DNA of 64,000 nucleotides from a virus: IMG/VR virus record IMGVR_UViG_3300021963_000077, positions 1 to 64,000 of that record; one strand, 5' to 3'. Shown piece by piece: positions 53,014 to 62,373 of this stretch (position 1 is its first letter; each line of letters starts with the position of its first letter). The notes under the pieces were generated by a model. It saw only the letters and a program-made list of their open reading frames with translations, ran no database searches and was not told where the DNA came from. The position numbers and the translations under genes were made by a program.

Positions 53014-55970
53014 TATCGCCTGTTCCCATAATCTCGCCATAACTGTTGAAGTCTGTTTAAATCAGCTGTTGATATTTGACCATTGTCAAAGCGCTCTAAA
53101 ATTCTCTGAACTATTTGAAATCCGCGATTTTTCCTAGCCCAATCAATTGATTGATTCTGCTGTCTTGTGAGAACCCTTTTGCCTATTTTTCCACTTTGCA
53201 GTTGCTTAAGCATGTCGTCTAGCCCTTGGCCAGATCTGGCCCCAAACTGTTTTGCGGTGTCATAGTCGAGTTCATACTGCTCAACACTGCCATCACCCAT
53301 ATTGAATATGACGCGGTTTGTCTGTGGGTCATATGCGGCATCCGATACTCGCCTGCTACCTCGAGTATCAAACTTCATTAAATAACTAGGAATTGCTGGC
53401 CTGTCTGGATTATCTTGACCCGATCCAGTCATTGACCCAGACACGGAGCGCTTGTTCTTGCGACTACGAAGAACGTCTAGGAAATCTTCCACGGCATTGG
53501 CTGGGCGAGGCTCCAAAACTGAGTTTGCGTGGATCCTCTCAGCTTCGCTTTCGCTAACTTTATGTTCTTCCGTCCTACCATTAATCAATGTAAAACGAGC
53601 AGTACCAGACTCTTTGTCGTAGGTAGCGTCTTTTAGGATTCTTGAACCACGCGTGTCAAATGATGGAGTTTTGTTATCTTTGCTCCATCCAAACTTTTCT
53701 AGGTGTTTTCTAGCCTCTTCGCTAAACCCTGAATATTGCGGCTTGGGGCGATTTGAAATAGATCCAGATACGCGAGGAGTTTTATCTTTTGGGTTATCAC
53801 CCTCAGTACGACGTTTCATAGAGGCAATTCGCATTTCAATTTGCCTAACTTGAGCACGTGTCATATTCATGCGTTGCGATACGTCATCGAGCGACATACC
53901 GTCCTCTGTGCGCATTTTCCAAATTTGATCACGAATTTTCTTGGCTTGGCGCATTTCAGATTGTCTCACCTCTTCACGCGTGATGCCAAAATTCTTCGCA
54001 ACTTCATCCAGCGACATGCCGCCTTCTGTGCGCATTTTCCAAATCTTCTCTGGTGTCGGCTTGCCCTTTGCCATTGAACCAGATATCCGCGACCCAACTG
54101 GTACTGGTCTTTCTGGCCGTGGCCCAGGCGTTGGCGTTGGTGCAGGGCTAGGAACCGATGGTCTGACTGGTGGGCGAATTGGCTCTCTTGCTGGCTCCGG
54201 AACCTTTCGCGGTGGATTCATTGGGGGCATCATGCGAGGCGCATTTGGGCGCTCAAATGATGTGCTGTCTTGCACTAAACCGTCTTCGTCCCCATCAATT
54301 GCATTAGGATCAAAACGATCTGTTGCCATTCTCCCCATACGTCTGAGTTTGCGACCAACAGCCTTCTCTTCTAAGAAGTTAATTGCCGTCAGTAGCGCCT
54401 CGTAGCCCTCTTCTGACATGGAGTCACTGTTTGGAACAACAAGACCATCTTCAAGACTCTTGACATCAAATCCATGATATTTAGCTACAGCACTAGCTAC
54501 CTCTAGCAATTCATCAATTTCGCTTTCGGATTGGATAAATAGATGAATTCCAGGGTTTTCACTCTTGAAAGCATCCCATGACGGCATGTCATCAATGACA
54601 TATGATTTCCCACCACCACATCCACAACCACAATCATCCTTAGCCGGCTTCATGGCCACTCCGCCAAATGCCGCTCCAAAGTCATCATTGTCGTCGCCTA
54701 CATATGCATTTCCTGGAGCGCTTTGTGGCTTGCCAACAGGCATGTAAATTGTCTCTGGCTTCACCGTTTCAGCATTTCCAAACATGAATTCGCCATCTTC
54801 GTAGTGATAGCCGACTCGGATTGTCTGCATATCTCCGAAGTCGTTCATGAGGTCAAAAATAACCATGTTTTTATCTGCTGTACGGATTTTTACTTTGCCG
54901 CCAAACCGTTGAGAAATAGCCTTGGCAAGGTCGTTAACACGCCCAAATGCTGGATTCATCTCCTCGTCGCCAGTATAGATACGGGATGTGTCGTAGCTAG
55001 GGTGGCCTTTTTTCTTCACATTCTGGTATCTCTCAAGGAGTCGCCGGCCTTTAGCTGCAAGCTCTGCTGCATCGGATGCATTTTTAGGAACTGGTTCACC
55101 CCATGCAGCGGCAGCTAGCGCTAGACGAGTCGGCTTGCCATTTTTGCCGACAAGTGGGCCAGATGGGTTTGTATAGAATCGCGTCAAGAACGAGCCTTTA
55201 CGACGCATTTTCTCTGGTGTGTCAGCTGGGCCCTTGACGCCTGGCTTTAGATTTGCGCCTTCCTTCTGCTTAAAGTACTTGCGCCCTGCTGGCGTCAGGC
55301 CACCCTTTGGATCCCTCAAATTTGCTGATTTGCCTTCAGGCTCAGAAGGCACGCAATTTGGCACCATTTTGCCGTTTTTGCCCTTCTTCATTCCTACCTG
55401 CTGGTAACCGGGCCAGCAAGGACTACCTGCCTTGCTTTCCGGATCGTCGGATTTGATTGAAATTGTGCCAGTCAGCTGATTGGCTCCGTGGAGAACTGGG
55501 GAAACCTCATAGAGTTCAACCTCTTTAAGGAGATTTGCTTGCTGAACTGGGTCAAATACTGCGTCAAGGGTCTTGTAACCAATTGACCACTCTTGCTCTT
55601 CGCCAAAGAAGGCAACATTATTGAAAGCCTCACGACCACGCTCAGAACGCAAATTAAATTGCACTCTTGCATAAAGTCCACCAATTCCGGCTTTTTTCAT
55701 CTTTAGCGGTAGGCGTGGATCATTCGGTGGCACCTCATATATTTCCAGAACCTTACCGATTGGCTCATTCCAGTTATGACCCCAAACAACTCTCGGCTTA
55801 CGTCTTTTAAGACTTGCTCCAAAACAGTTCGGGAGGCAAATATCGCCAACAGAATCTTTATTGCCGATGCCAGCAACGAAGCATTCAACGATGCCCTGCG
55901 CTTCGTCAACCCCGATTTGAGCTGGAATTGACTTGTATTCTGTTGCAAATAGCGATGATTGGTCAGACAT
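53013..55970 (-). CDS. HK97-type prohead protease fused to multiple accessory domains (985 aa)
   Basis: GNKDSVGD...WGHNWNEPIG...WSIGY...LYEVSPVLHGAN; then CWPGY..VPNC, GGLTPAGRKYF domain, DGDxDG tag, 2 sigma4-like HTH, 2 KTSC-like. Confidence 0.88.
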   Translation of the reverse strand: MSDQSSLFATEYKSIPAQIGVDEAQGIVECFVAGIGNKDSVGDICLPNCFGASLKRRKPRVVWGHNWNEPIGKVLEIYEVPPNDPRLPLKMKKAGIGGLYARVQFNLRSERGREAFNNVAFFGEEQEWSIGYKTLDAVFDPVQQANLLKEVELYEVSPVLHGANQLTGTISIKSDDPESKAGSPCWPGYQQVGMKKGKNGKMVPNCVPSEPEGKSANLRDPKGGLTPAGRKYFKQKEGANLKPGVKGPADTPEKMRRKGSFLTRFYTNPSGPLVGKNGKPTRLALAAAAWGEPVPKNASDAAELAAKGRRLLERYQNVKKKGHPSYDTSRIYTGDEEMNPAFGRVNDLAKAISQRFGGKVKIRTADKNMVIFDLMNDFGDMQTIRVGYHYEDGEFMFGNAETVKPETIYMPVGKPQSAPGNAYVGDDNDDFGAAFGGVAMKPAKDDCGCGCGGGKSYVIDDMPSWDAFKSENPGIHLFIQSESEIDELLEVASAVAKYHGFDVKSLEDGLVVPNSDSMSEEGYEALLTAINFLEEKAVGRKLRRMGRMATDRFDPNAIDGDEDGLVQDSTSFERPNAPRMMPPMNPPRKVPEPAREPIRPPVRPSVPSPAPTPTPGPRPERPVPVGSRISGSMAKGKPTPEKIWKMRTEGGMSLDEVAKNFGITREEVRQSEMRQAKKIRDQIWKMRTEDGMSLDDVSQRMNMTRAQVRQIEMRIASMKRRTEGDNPKDKTPRVSGSISNRPKPQYSGFSEEARKHLEKFGWSKDNKTPSFDTRGSRILKDATYDKESGTARFTLINGRTEEHKVSESEAERIHANSVLEPRPANAVEDFLDVLRSRKNKRSVSGSMTGSGQDNPDRPAIPSYLMKFDTRGSRRVSDAAYDPQTNRVIFNMGDGSVEQYELDYDTAKQFGARSGQGLDDMLKQLQSGKIGKRVLTRQQNQSIDWARKNRGFQIVQRILERFDNGQISTADLNRLQQLWRDYGNRR

Positions 55971-56063
55971 TTTTCCTCCGAGTCATAGTAAATAATAACT
56001 AAGCAAACACTGGCCTAGCGGAAGTTTATGATGAGTTTTATTAAAGTCTACTGATGACTTTTA

Positions 56064-58304
56064 TTAATCTCTGTCAAAACGCAACTTACATCTGCAATTG
56101 ATTGTCAAATGTGGCGGTGCAATGGGGTCTCCTGGGAAGCGGAGCGTATTGTTCCCCACCTCAAATTCTTCAAGCAAATCAATCGTCTTGCCTTGGAGTA
56201 TTAGATGTTCTGGTCGTACACGCGTATCTTTGCGTGTAACCCAAGTCTTTGTCATTCCGCCAACTTGCTTTCCAGCAAAGTATGTTCCTGCGTTAAAAGC
56301 TGTTTGAGACTCGTGTTCAGCAATGACCCTACGGCGCTTCATAAGAAGATTAATAAATATTGCTGCAAGAGCTGCTTTGAGCATGCCCGAGCGATCCTCA
56401 TCTTCCGAAAGCGCCAGCGCTATGAGAACTGCAGCTGCGATTTCTTCTTTTGTCGTCGCATTTATTTTCTGCATTCGCTTTATTTGTTCATCAAGGTATT
56501 CATTTACTTCTTCATCATCAAGCTCAGCAGGCATGTTGGCCTTTTGCGAAGCCAAAGATGCTGCATCAGAAATTATTCCTTGAATGACAGGGCGCATGTC
56601 GTCTGATAGTTGCTTGTCCCATACTTCCGAGTCAAAGATTGCATCTATGTCCAGAGATCCAGACTGCAGGCCTTTCTTAGCCTTTGCCCCACTTGATTTT
56701 TCTAAAACGACACGCTGTTGACGCTCAATAAATCGCTCAAGGCTACGATCAAGAATTTCTGCCCATCTATTCGAGCTTTCGTCAGCCTTAACTTCCCACT
56801 CGTCGTCCATTTTATTTTCAGACTTGAATTGCATACCACCGTCGTATGCCGACAACAGTCCCTCTGGAGATGGTGGCATTGCTGTTTCAACTGGTGGCGC
56901 ACCAGCTTCTGCTGCAAGGGCTGCAGTCATGCCCTCTTGTGGCATAGGTGGCATACCTGCTTGGCCAGCTAATGGCTGCTGAGGTGTAACCATTTGCTCG
57001 GTTCCAGGAATCATTCCTGGTATTGCACCAGGGGCACCCATCATGTCAATTTGCTGTTGCTGCGTTGAGTCAAATGGCTTATTCGTGTAACCAATTGGCG
57101 TCAGGTTTGGATTGGCAAGCATTGCATCCATTAAGTCGGACTCAACTGCTTTCTTACCAGTTCCTTTGCGATATTCGTTGCCACTTATGAGGCCATTTTG
57201 GAACTCATCAAGCAAGTAACGCTCTCTTTCCTGCTTATATAGAATCAGTACAGGAACGTCTGATGTATCAAAGTCAATGTAGTATTGCTCATCAAGCTCG
57301 TCCAGTCCGCGCGCCAAAGAGTCAAGATGTGGAAGCATTGTTTCGTTCCAGAAAACGCGTAATTCTTCATTTGCGTTATTAAATGTGCGGCCAGCTGCGT
57401 TGCCTATGACTGACTCAGGAACGCCAAATGCTGCAAGGATTTCTTCTTTTGTTATTTGGCGCATCTGTATGTAGTTAGCGTCACGCGGCGATGAGCCAGT
57501 GTCTACGAAGTCAACACCCTCATCTGAGGAAAGTACAGTTACAGCTCCAGCCCTATTGAGGTTGCCACGGAATCTGTTTCTAATTTCGTCTTTATCGTCA
57601 TCATCAACTTCGCCACGTAGAACTATTAATCCACCTGGACGACCGTCATTAAGCAAAAAGTTTCTGTTATATACCTTCGCCAAGTTTTCAATTTCAATTG
57701 CTATGCCAGCAGCTTCCATTGGCGTAAGTGATAGATATGGGTCTAGTGGGTGTGGACGCCTAACCCAAATGACATCCTGAGGCTTCAGTAAGACTTTTGT
57801 GCCGTTGCGCATGTCAACTTCAAAGCCAGATACAAATGTTCTAGGATCTGGTATTGGCGCCGTGTGTTGTGGCGGTAGCAACTGAAGAGCAATTACTTTT
57901 CCATTACGCCCGCGTACCTTTTCAATGAAAGCACCACGGCTCGACATCAAAAGTTGTGATGAAAGCCTGTATCTGAATATGAACGAGTTTTCGCCCATGT
58001 TCGCTTTCGTATTAAGTATTCTGAGCAGGTCGTTATCGCTACTGCGTAAAATCTGACCGTCTGGCGAATTGTTCTTGCGCAACATGGCTGGCAGCCGTGC
58101 TTGGTTGCCGGCGATAGCGTCAATGCAGCGATTAACCCATGTTACTTTTTGAAAGCCTTCGCGGTATGCGCGCTCAATGTCCCACGAGTCCTTGTACGGC
58201 TTTCCAGCAAGACCAGGATTGAAGGCAATTGGTGCACCAGGGGTCAGGATTGACTTGGCCTCTGGTGAATACAAAGACTTATTATCAGATGAGTTCCAAG
58301 GCAT
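56064..58304 (-). CDS. portal protein (HK97 family) fused to MuF/SPP1 gp7-like head morphogenesis domain
   Basis: WVNRCIDAIA, LLPP, FLLNDGRPGG, EILAAFGVP, NEYR; C-terminal KTWVTRKDTRVRPEH...FPGDP...INCRC. Confidence 0.92.
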   Translation of the reverse strand: MPWNSSDNKSLYSPEAKSILTPGAPIAFNPGLAGKPYKDSWDIERAYREGFQKVTWVNRCIDAIAGNQARLPAMLRKNNSPDGQILRSSDNDLLRILNTKANMGENSFIFRYRLSSQLLMSSRGAFIEKVRGRNGKVIALQLLPPQHTAPIPDPRTFVSGFEVDMRNGTKVLLKPQDVIWVRRPHPLDPYLSLTPMEAAGIAIEIENLAKVYNRNFLLNDGRPGGLIVLRGEVDDDDKDEIRNRFRGNLNRAGAVTVLSSDEGVDFVDTGSSPRDANYIQMRQITKEEILAAFGVPESVIGNAAGRTFNNANEELRVFWNETMLPHLDSLARGLDELDEQYYIDFDTSDVPVLILYKQERERYLLDEFQNGLISGNEYRKGTGKKAVESDLMDAMLANPNLTPIGYTNKPFDSTQQQQIDMMGAPGAIPGMIPGTEQMVTPQQPLAGQAGMPPMPQEGMTAALAAEAGAPPVETAMPPSPEGLLSAYDGGMQFKSENKMDDEWEVKADESSNRWAEILDRSLERFIERQQRVVLEKSSGAKAKKGLQSGSLDIDAIFDSEVWDKQLSDDMRPVIQGIISDAASLASQKANMPAELDDEEVNEYLDEQIKRMQKINATTKEEIAAAVLIALALSEDEDRSGMLKAALAAIFINLLMKRRRVIAEHESQTAFNAGTYFAGKQVGGMTKTWVTRKDTRVRPEHLILQGKTIDLLEEFEVGNNTLRFPGDPIAPPHLTINCRCKLRFDRD

Positions 58305-58316
58305 CTTTACTCATTT

Positions 58317-58523
58317 TTACTCTAGTCCCAGAAGGAAGCCGAAAAGACCGCATGTAACGCCGGCGATGAGAAAACCCACCGCTGGAGCTATCATAAAACC
58401 GCCAATTGATGTCATAATTATAAATGAAAGCATCATTGTATTGGCGGTTGAGCGCCTATTAATGCGCCCACGAACAATTGCCAATGGCGATCTGCGTTTT
58501 TGTTTGTCATCGTTTGTAGCCAT
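58317..58523 (-). CDS. small membrane protein upstream of portal
   Basis: Two hydrophobic helices, typical pre-portal position. Confidence 0.65.
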   Translation of the reverse strand: MATNDDKQKRRSPLAIVRGRINRRSTANTMMLSFIIMTSIGGFMIAPAVGFLIAGVTCGLFGFLLGLE

Positions 58524-58577
58524 ATTTTCCTATACAACCATAGCCGATAAAGGCATACTAGTGTATGAGCACTCGAA

Positions 58578-59894
58578 GTGAGCAGGTTTATGACTGATTG
58601 GAACAAAGTTCTTGAATACTTACAGCCAAAGGTTCCTCCATACTGCCCTGAGGAACCTTCTATTACCCAAAAAGTATTTCTGAGGACATACGGACTAGAA
58701 GCTCTATTTGGCGGAGCTGCTGGTGGTGGTAAATCTTCTGCACTTCTAATGTCGGCGCTTCAGTATGTTGATATCCCTGGATACTCAGCAATTCTTTTCC
58801 GTAGAACCTACGCAGACTTGTCCCTCCCCGGTGCCCTAATGGATCGTTTTAGGGAATGGATGAAGAATTATGACGAAGTTAGTTGGAACAATAATAGCTA
58901 TACAGCTACATTTCCTTCAGGTGCAAGAATTTCTTTTGGATATTTGAATAATACAAACGACTATTTGCGCTACAAGGGTTCCGAGTTCCAGTTCATAGGA
59001 ATGGACGAAGTTACGGAAATCCGCGAACAGGACTATCGCTACCTTTTCTCCCGCTTGAGACGCCCCTCCAACGGAGAACTAGCAACCGTTCCGTTGAGAA
59101 TGAGATGCGCCTCAAACCCTGCTCCGAACTGGGTTAGGCAGAGATTTATAGTTGAAGGACTTGAGTCTGGCCGAGTATTTGTTCCATCCCTACTAACCGA
59201 CAACCCTGGAATTGATGCCGACTCGTACCGTCTGGCACTGGCTGCCCTTGATCCAGTTGAGAGAAGAAGGCTCGAAGAAGGCGATTGGTGGAGCACAACT
59301 CTGGGAACGCTCTTTGACAGGACTTCTTTTGTGCTCATTGATCCTGTTGAGGTTCCTCAAGTTACTGGCTCCGCTAGAGCAGTTAGGTTTTGGGACTTGG
59401 CGGCGACTGAGCCATCATCAACAAACCCAGATCCAGACTGGACGGTTGGCACATTGATGCTTTTTGACCAAGGCATTGCTTATGTTCTTGATGTCAGAAA
59501 AGCCCGTGTCAAGGGAGACAAGGTAGAACACCTGATTGCGCAGACAGCCGCAGAGGATGGGCATGCCGTGGCGATAAGAATGGAGCAGGAGCCTGGTTCC
59601 TCAGGAAAGGCTTTAGTGGATCAATATGCTAGGTATATTCTTCCTGGCTATGATTTTAGTGGAATAAGGTCAACTGGAGATAAGTTGACCAGGGCACGCC
59701 CATTTGCCGCTGCCGTGGCCAACGGCAATGTTCGCGTAGTTAGAGGATCGTGGTTAAGCGATTGGCTAGACGAGTTCTCATCATTCCCGGAAGCATGTAA
59801 TCACGACGACCAAGTTGACTCTGCAGTAAGTGCATTTACACATTTAGCTGGATTGGGCTTGCCACAACGCAGACCACTTGCTATTTTAGTTTGA
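58578..59894 (+). CDS. terL: terminase large subunit
   Basis: GGAAGGGKS Walker A, FRRTY, GMDEVTE Walker B, CASNP, RFWDLA, EQEPGSSGK, HDDQVDS. Confidence 0.94.
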   Translation: MSRFMTDWNKVLEYLQPKVPPYCPEEPSITQKVFLRTYGLEALFGGAAGGGKSSALLMSALQYVDIPGYSAILFRRTYADLSLPGALMDRFREWMKNYDEVSWNNNSYTATFPSGARISFGYLNNTNDYLRYKGSEFQFIGMDEVTEIREQDYRYLFSRLRRPSNGELATVPLRMRCASNPAPNWVRQRFIVEGLESGRVFVPSLLTDNPGIDADSYRLALAALDPVERRRLEEGDWWSTTLGTLFDRTSFVLIDPVEVPQVTGSARAVRFWDLAATEPSSTNPDPDWTVGTLMLFDQGIAYVLDVRKARVKGDKVEHLIAQTAAEDGHAVAIRMEQEPGSSGKALVDQYARYILPGYDFSGIRSTGDKLTRARPFAAAVANGNVRVVRGSWLSDWLDEFSSFPEACNHDDQVDSAVSAFTHLAGLGLPQRRPLAILV

Positions 59895-59921
59895 CAAAAC
59901 TAACTACTGCTAGGAGAACAA

Positions 59922-60431
59922 TTGAATAACAGTAACTGGCCCGATCTTGTTGACGCTTTGGCCAAGGCCATGGCTGACATTGATGCTGCTATTTATGAAA
60001 TCAAAGGGTCAGATGACCCGGAGACTGCGTGCGCAAAACTTGTTGACATCCATCGCCTGAAAGGCGATATGGCAATGGTTTATGATTCCGCAACAAACGC
60101 CGTATCTGAAGTGATGCGCGAAATGAGTGAAGTTTCGCTTTCAAATGGTATGCGCATTGAGAAGAAGACTGCGTCCTCTCGTAAAACATGGAATCACAAA
60201 GATCTTGCGAATGTCGTCGCAAAGCGCATCGTTGAATCATCCGTTGACCTTGGAACTGGAGAGGTTGTTCTGTCCACGGAGCAGATGATTGAGAACATGC
60301 TCGTTTATGTTCAGCCGTCATATTGGCGTGTCAAGGAACTCTCCGCTATCGGAATTAACGCAGATAGGTTCTGCGAAGTTGACGAACCAAAAACCAGCAT
60401 CATTGTACGAAAGGGATCAAACAATGGCTAA
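59922..60431 (+). CDS. hypothetical protein of recombination module
   Basis: 169 aa, AGGAG RBS, TTG start; RKTWNH...YWRVKEL..GI..D.FC. Confidence 0.7.
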   Translation: MNNSNWPDLVDALAKAMADIDAAIYEIKGSDDPETACAKLVDIHRLKGDMAMVYDSATNAVSEVMREMSEVSLSNGMRIEKKTASSRKTWNHKDLANVVAKRIVESSVDLGTGEVVLSTEQMIENMLVYVQPSYWRVKELSAIGINADRFCEVDEPKTSIIVRKGSNNG

Positions 60432-61098
60432 ATCAACAGAATCAGCAGAAATGAAAGCTCTTTACGAGCCGTTTCCACCAGAGATGGAGCGCACCCTCAC
60501 TAAAGGTGGAGCTGCCCTCACATATATTCCTGTCAGCGAAGTCATCAATCGTCTTAACAAGGTAATTGGCCTTGATAAATGGAGCTTCGTAATTAATTAC
60601 TGCGAGCGCGACAAGACGGATACAGACTTCATTGTTGCGCATGTTACATTCACCGCAACATTCGGAACCGGTGAAGATGAGCGGAAGATCTCGCGCGATG
60701 GAATCGGCGGTCAGAAGATCAAACGTACACGCGCTGGAGACATTGTTGATCTCGGTGATGAGATGAAGGGTGCTGTTTCTGACGCACTTAAAAAAGCAGC
60801 TCAGACTCTCGGCATCGGCCTCTATCTTGCTAGGTCAGAAGAGGCCATGGAGGTTGAGGTTGCTAGTGAAATTCCACAAGTTAGCCCTGAGATTGAAACT
60901 CTTTGGAATAACTTCGTTGGCCTTTCAAAGAGCCTGAATGCAACTGCAAAAGGTATCCTCAACGATCATTGGGTTGAATTTTCTGGCGGTAGGCCAAAGC
61001 CAACCAAAACAACCGCAACAGTCCAGGATCTGGAAGCACTGATTGCAAAATGTGTTGAACTTAAGTTCACCGACACAGACAGCGGAACAAATGACTGA
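60424..61098 (+). CDS. Rad52/22-family ssDNA annealing protein (Sak-like)
   Basis: LYEPFP, LTYI...VINRLNKVIG...WSF, KGAVSDALKKAAQTLGIGLYL. Confidence 0.88.
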   Translation: MAKSTESAEMKALYEPFPPEMERTLTKGGAALTYIPVSEVINRLNKVIGLDKWSFVINYCERDKTDTDFIVAHVTFTATFGTGEDERKISRDGIGGQKIKRTRAGDIVDLGDEMKGAVSDALKKAAQTLGIGLYLARSEEAMEVEVASEIPQVSPEIETLWNNFVGLSKSLNATAKGILNDHWVEFSGGRPKPTKTTATVQDLEALIAKCVELKFTDTDSGTND

Positions 61099-61864
61099 GC
61101 TCAAACCGCCTGATTATCTCTCACCTTCGTCAATTTCTACATTCCAGCAATGCCCGTTACGGTTCAAGCTGAGTCGTATTGACAAAATGGAAGAATTACC
61201 AACAGAAGCAACTCTGCTTGGCAACTTTGTTCACGATGTTCTTGAGCTGCTCTATAAGGTGCCAGCCGAGGATCGGAGCTTAGGAGTTGCCAGAAGCCTC
61301 AGCACAACAGTGTGGAATGAGAGTGGCTGGGAAGAAAAAGTTCAGCCATTCCTCAAGAGCTACACCATGAATACATTTAGATGGAACGCATGGTGGTGTA
61401 TTGAGAATCTTTTTGGCATGGAGGATCCGCGTCTCGTGAATCCAAATGGGGTTGAGCACGAGCTGAACGGCAAAATTGGTGGAGTCCAGATGCGAGGCTT
61501 CATTGACCGTTGGTCAGTAAACAACAATGACGAAATTGTCATCTCCGACTACAAAACTGGCAAGTCACCAGCGCCACGCTTTGCCGGATCAAAGTTTTTC
61601 CAGTTAACTGTTTATGCTCATTTGCTGGCTCAGGAAAAGCAACAACCTGTTGGCTACCTTGAATTACTCTTTCTCAAAGAAGGAGTACGTCTTGATAAGC
61701 ATCCGACACCGTCTGATTTTTCTCAAGTTGAGGAAGTTGTGGTCACAGTAAAGCAAAATATTGACAAATTGTGCTCTGGAGGCGAGTGGGAAGCTGTGCC
61801 AACGAGGCTTTGTGACTGGTGTTCATACAAAAAAACTATTTGTAGCTATTGGAGCAGTAAATGA
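61091..61864 (+). CDS. RecB/Cas4-like PD-(D/E)xK exonuclease
   Basis: LSPSSISTFQQCP, GNFVH, RGFIDR, DYKTG, QLTVY, LCDWCSYKKTIC. Confidence 0.9.
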   Translation: MTELKPPDYLSPSSISTFQQCPLRFKLSRIDKMEELPTEATLLGNFVHDVLELLYKVPAEDRSLGVARSLSTTVWNESGWEEKVQPFLKSYTMNTFRWNAWWCIENLFGMEDPRLVNPNGVEHELNGKIGGVQMRGFIDRWSVNNNDEIVISDYKTGKSPAPRFAGSKFFQLTVYAHLLAQEKQQPVGYLELLFLKEGVRLDKHPTPSDFSQVEEVVVTVKQNIDKLCSGGEWEAVPTRLCDWCSYKKTICSYWSSK

Positions 61865-62373
61865 ATGATGATGTATTTGCCCGTCTTGTTGCGGAAGATG
61901 TGAAGAACAAAACCTCGCATACTCAGAGAAAGATTCTTCGTCAGCCGCAGAACTATGATCGCTGGAAACGTGCTCTTCTTGCTCTTTTGCGTAATGTTGA
62001 AGAACAGATTGATGACATCAAATACGACATGAATGCCGACTGTGGGCGCTATGAAGCCCTGGGTGGCGATGGCAAGGCACTGTTAGAGCACGCAAGGAAT
62101 GATTACGAGGCCAGGCTCAAAAAGATTGAGCGCTTCAAGTTCCATGTGTCAAAGCGCCTTGATGAGGTTGCAACAATGATTGAAGAGGATGATCAAGGCG
62201 GATCAATTGATCTTGATGCCGACATTCTTGCGTCTGCAATCAGGAAGCATAAGGCAATGATGATTGAAATGGATATGGAGGCAACGCCAATTGACAAGGC
62301 TCTGTGGTCAGTCTTGGAAAATGAGTGGCTCTTTGATTCAATCAGCCAAGACGAGCTTGCTTCATACCAGTGA
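61861..62373 (+). CDS. hypothetical protein
   Basis: 170-aa coupled ORF. Confidence 0.75.
   Translation: MNDDVFARLVAEDVKNKTSHTQRKILRQPQNYDRWKRALLALLRNVEEQIDDIKYDMNADCGRYEALGGDGKALLEHARNDYEARLKKIERFKFHVSKRLDEVATMIEEDDQGGSIDLDADILASAIRKHKAMMIEMDMEATPIDKALWSVLENEWLFDSISQDELASYQ

Noticed and set aside
29127-54093. SG[AS]M linkers as internal translation starts (GGAGCAATG)
   Set aside because: GGAG is only 2 nt from ATG, is absent in many copies, and Met is replaced by Leu or Ile in two copies; a peptide-level signal fits better
61091-61864. Cas4-like nuclease as CRISPR evidence
   Set aside because: It lies with Rad52-like SSAP and RuvC in a standard phage recombination module; no array seen in the window
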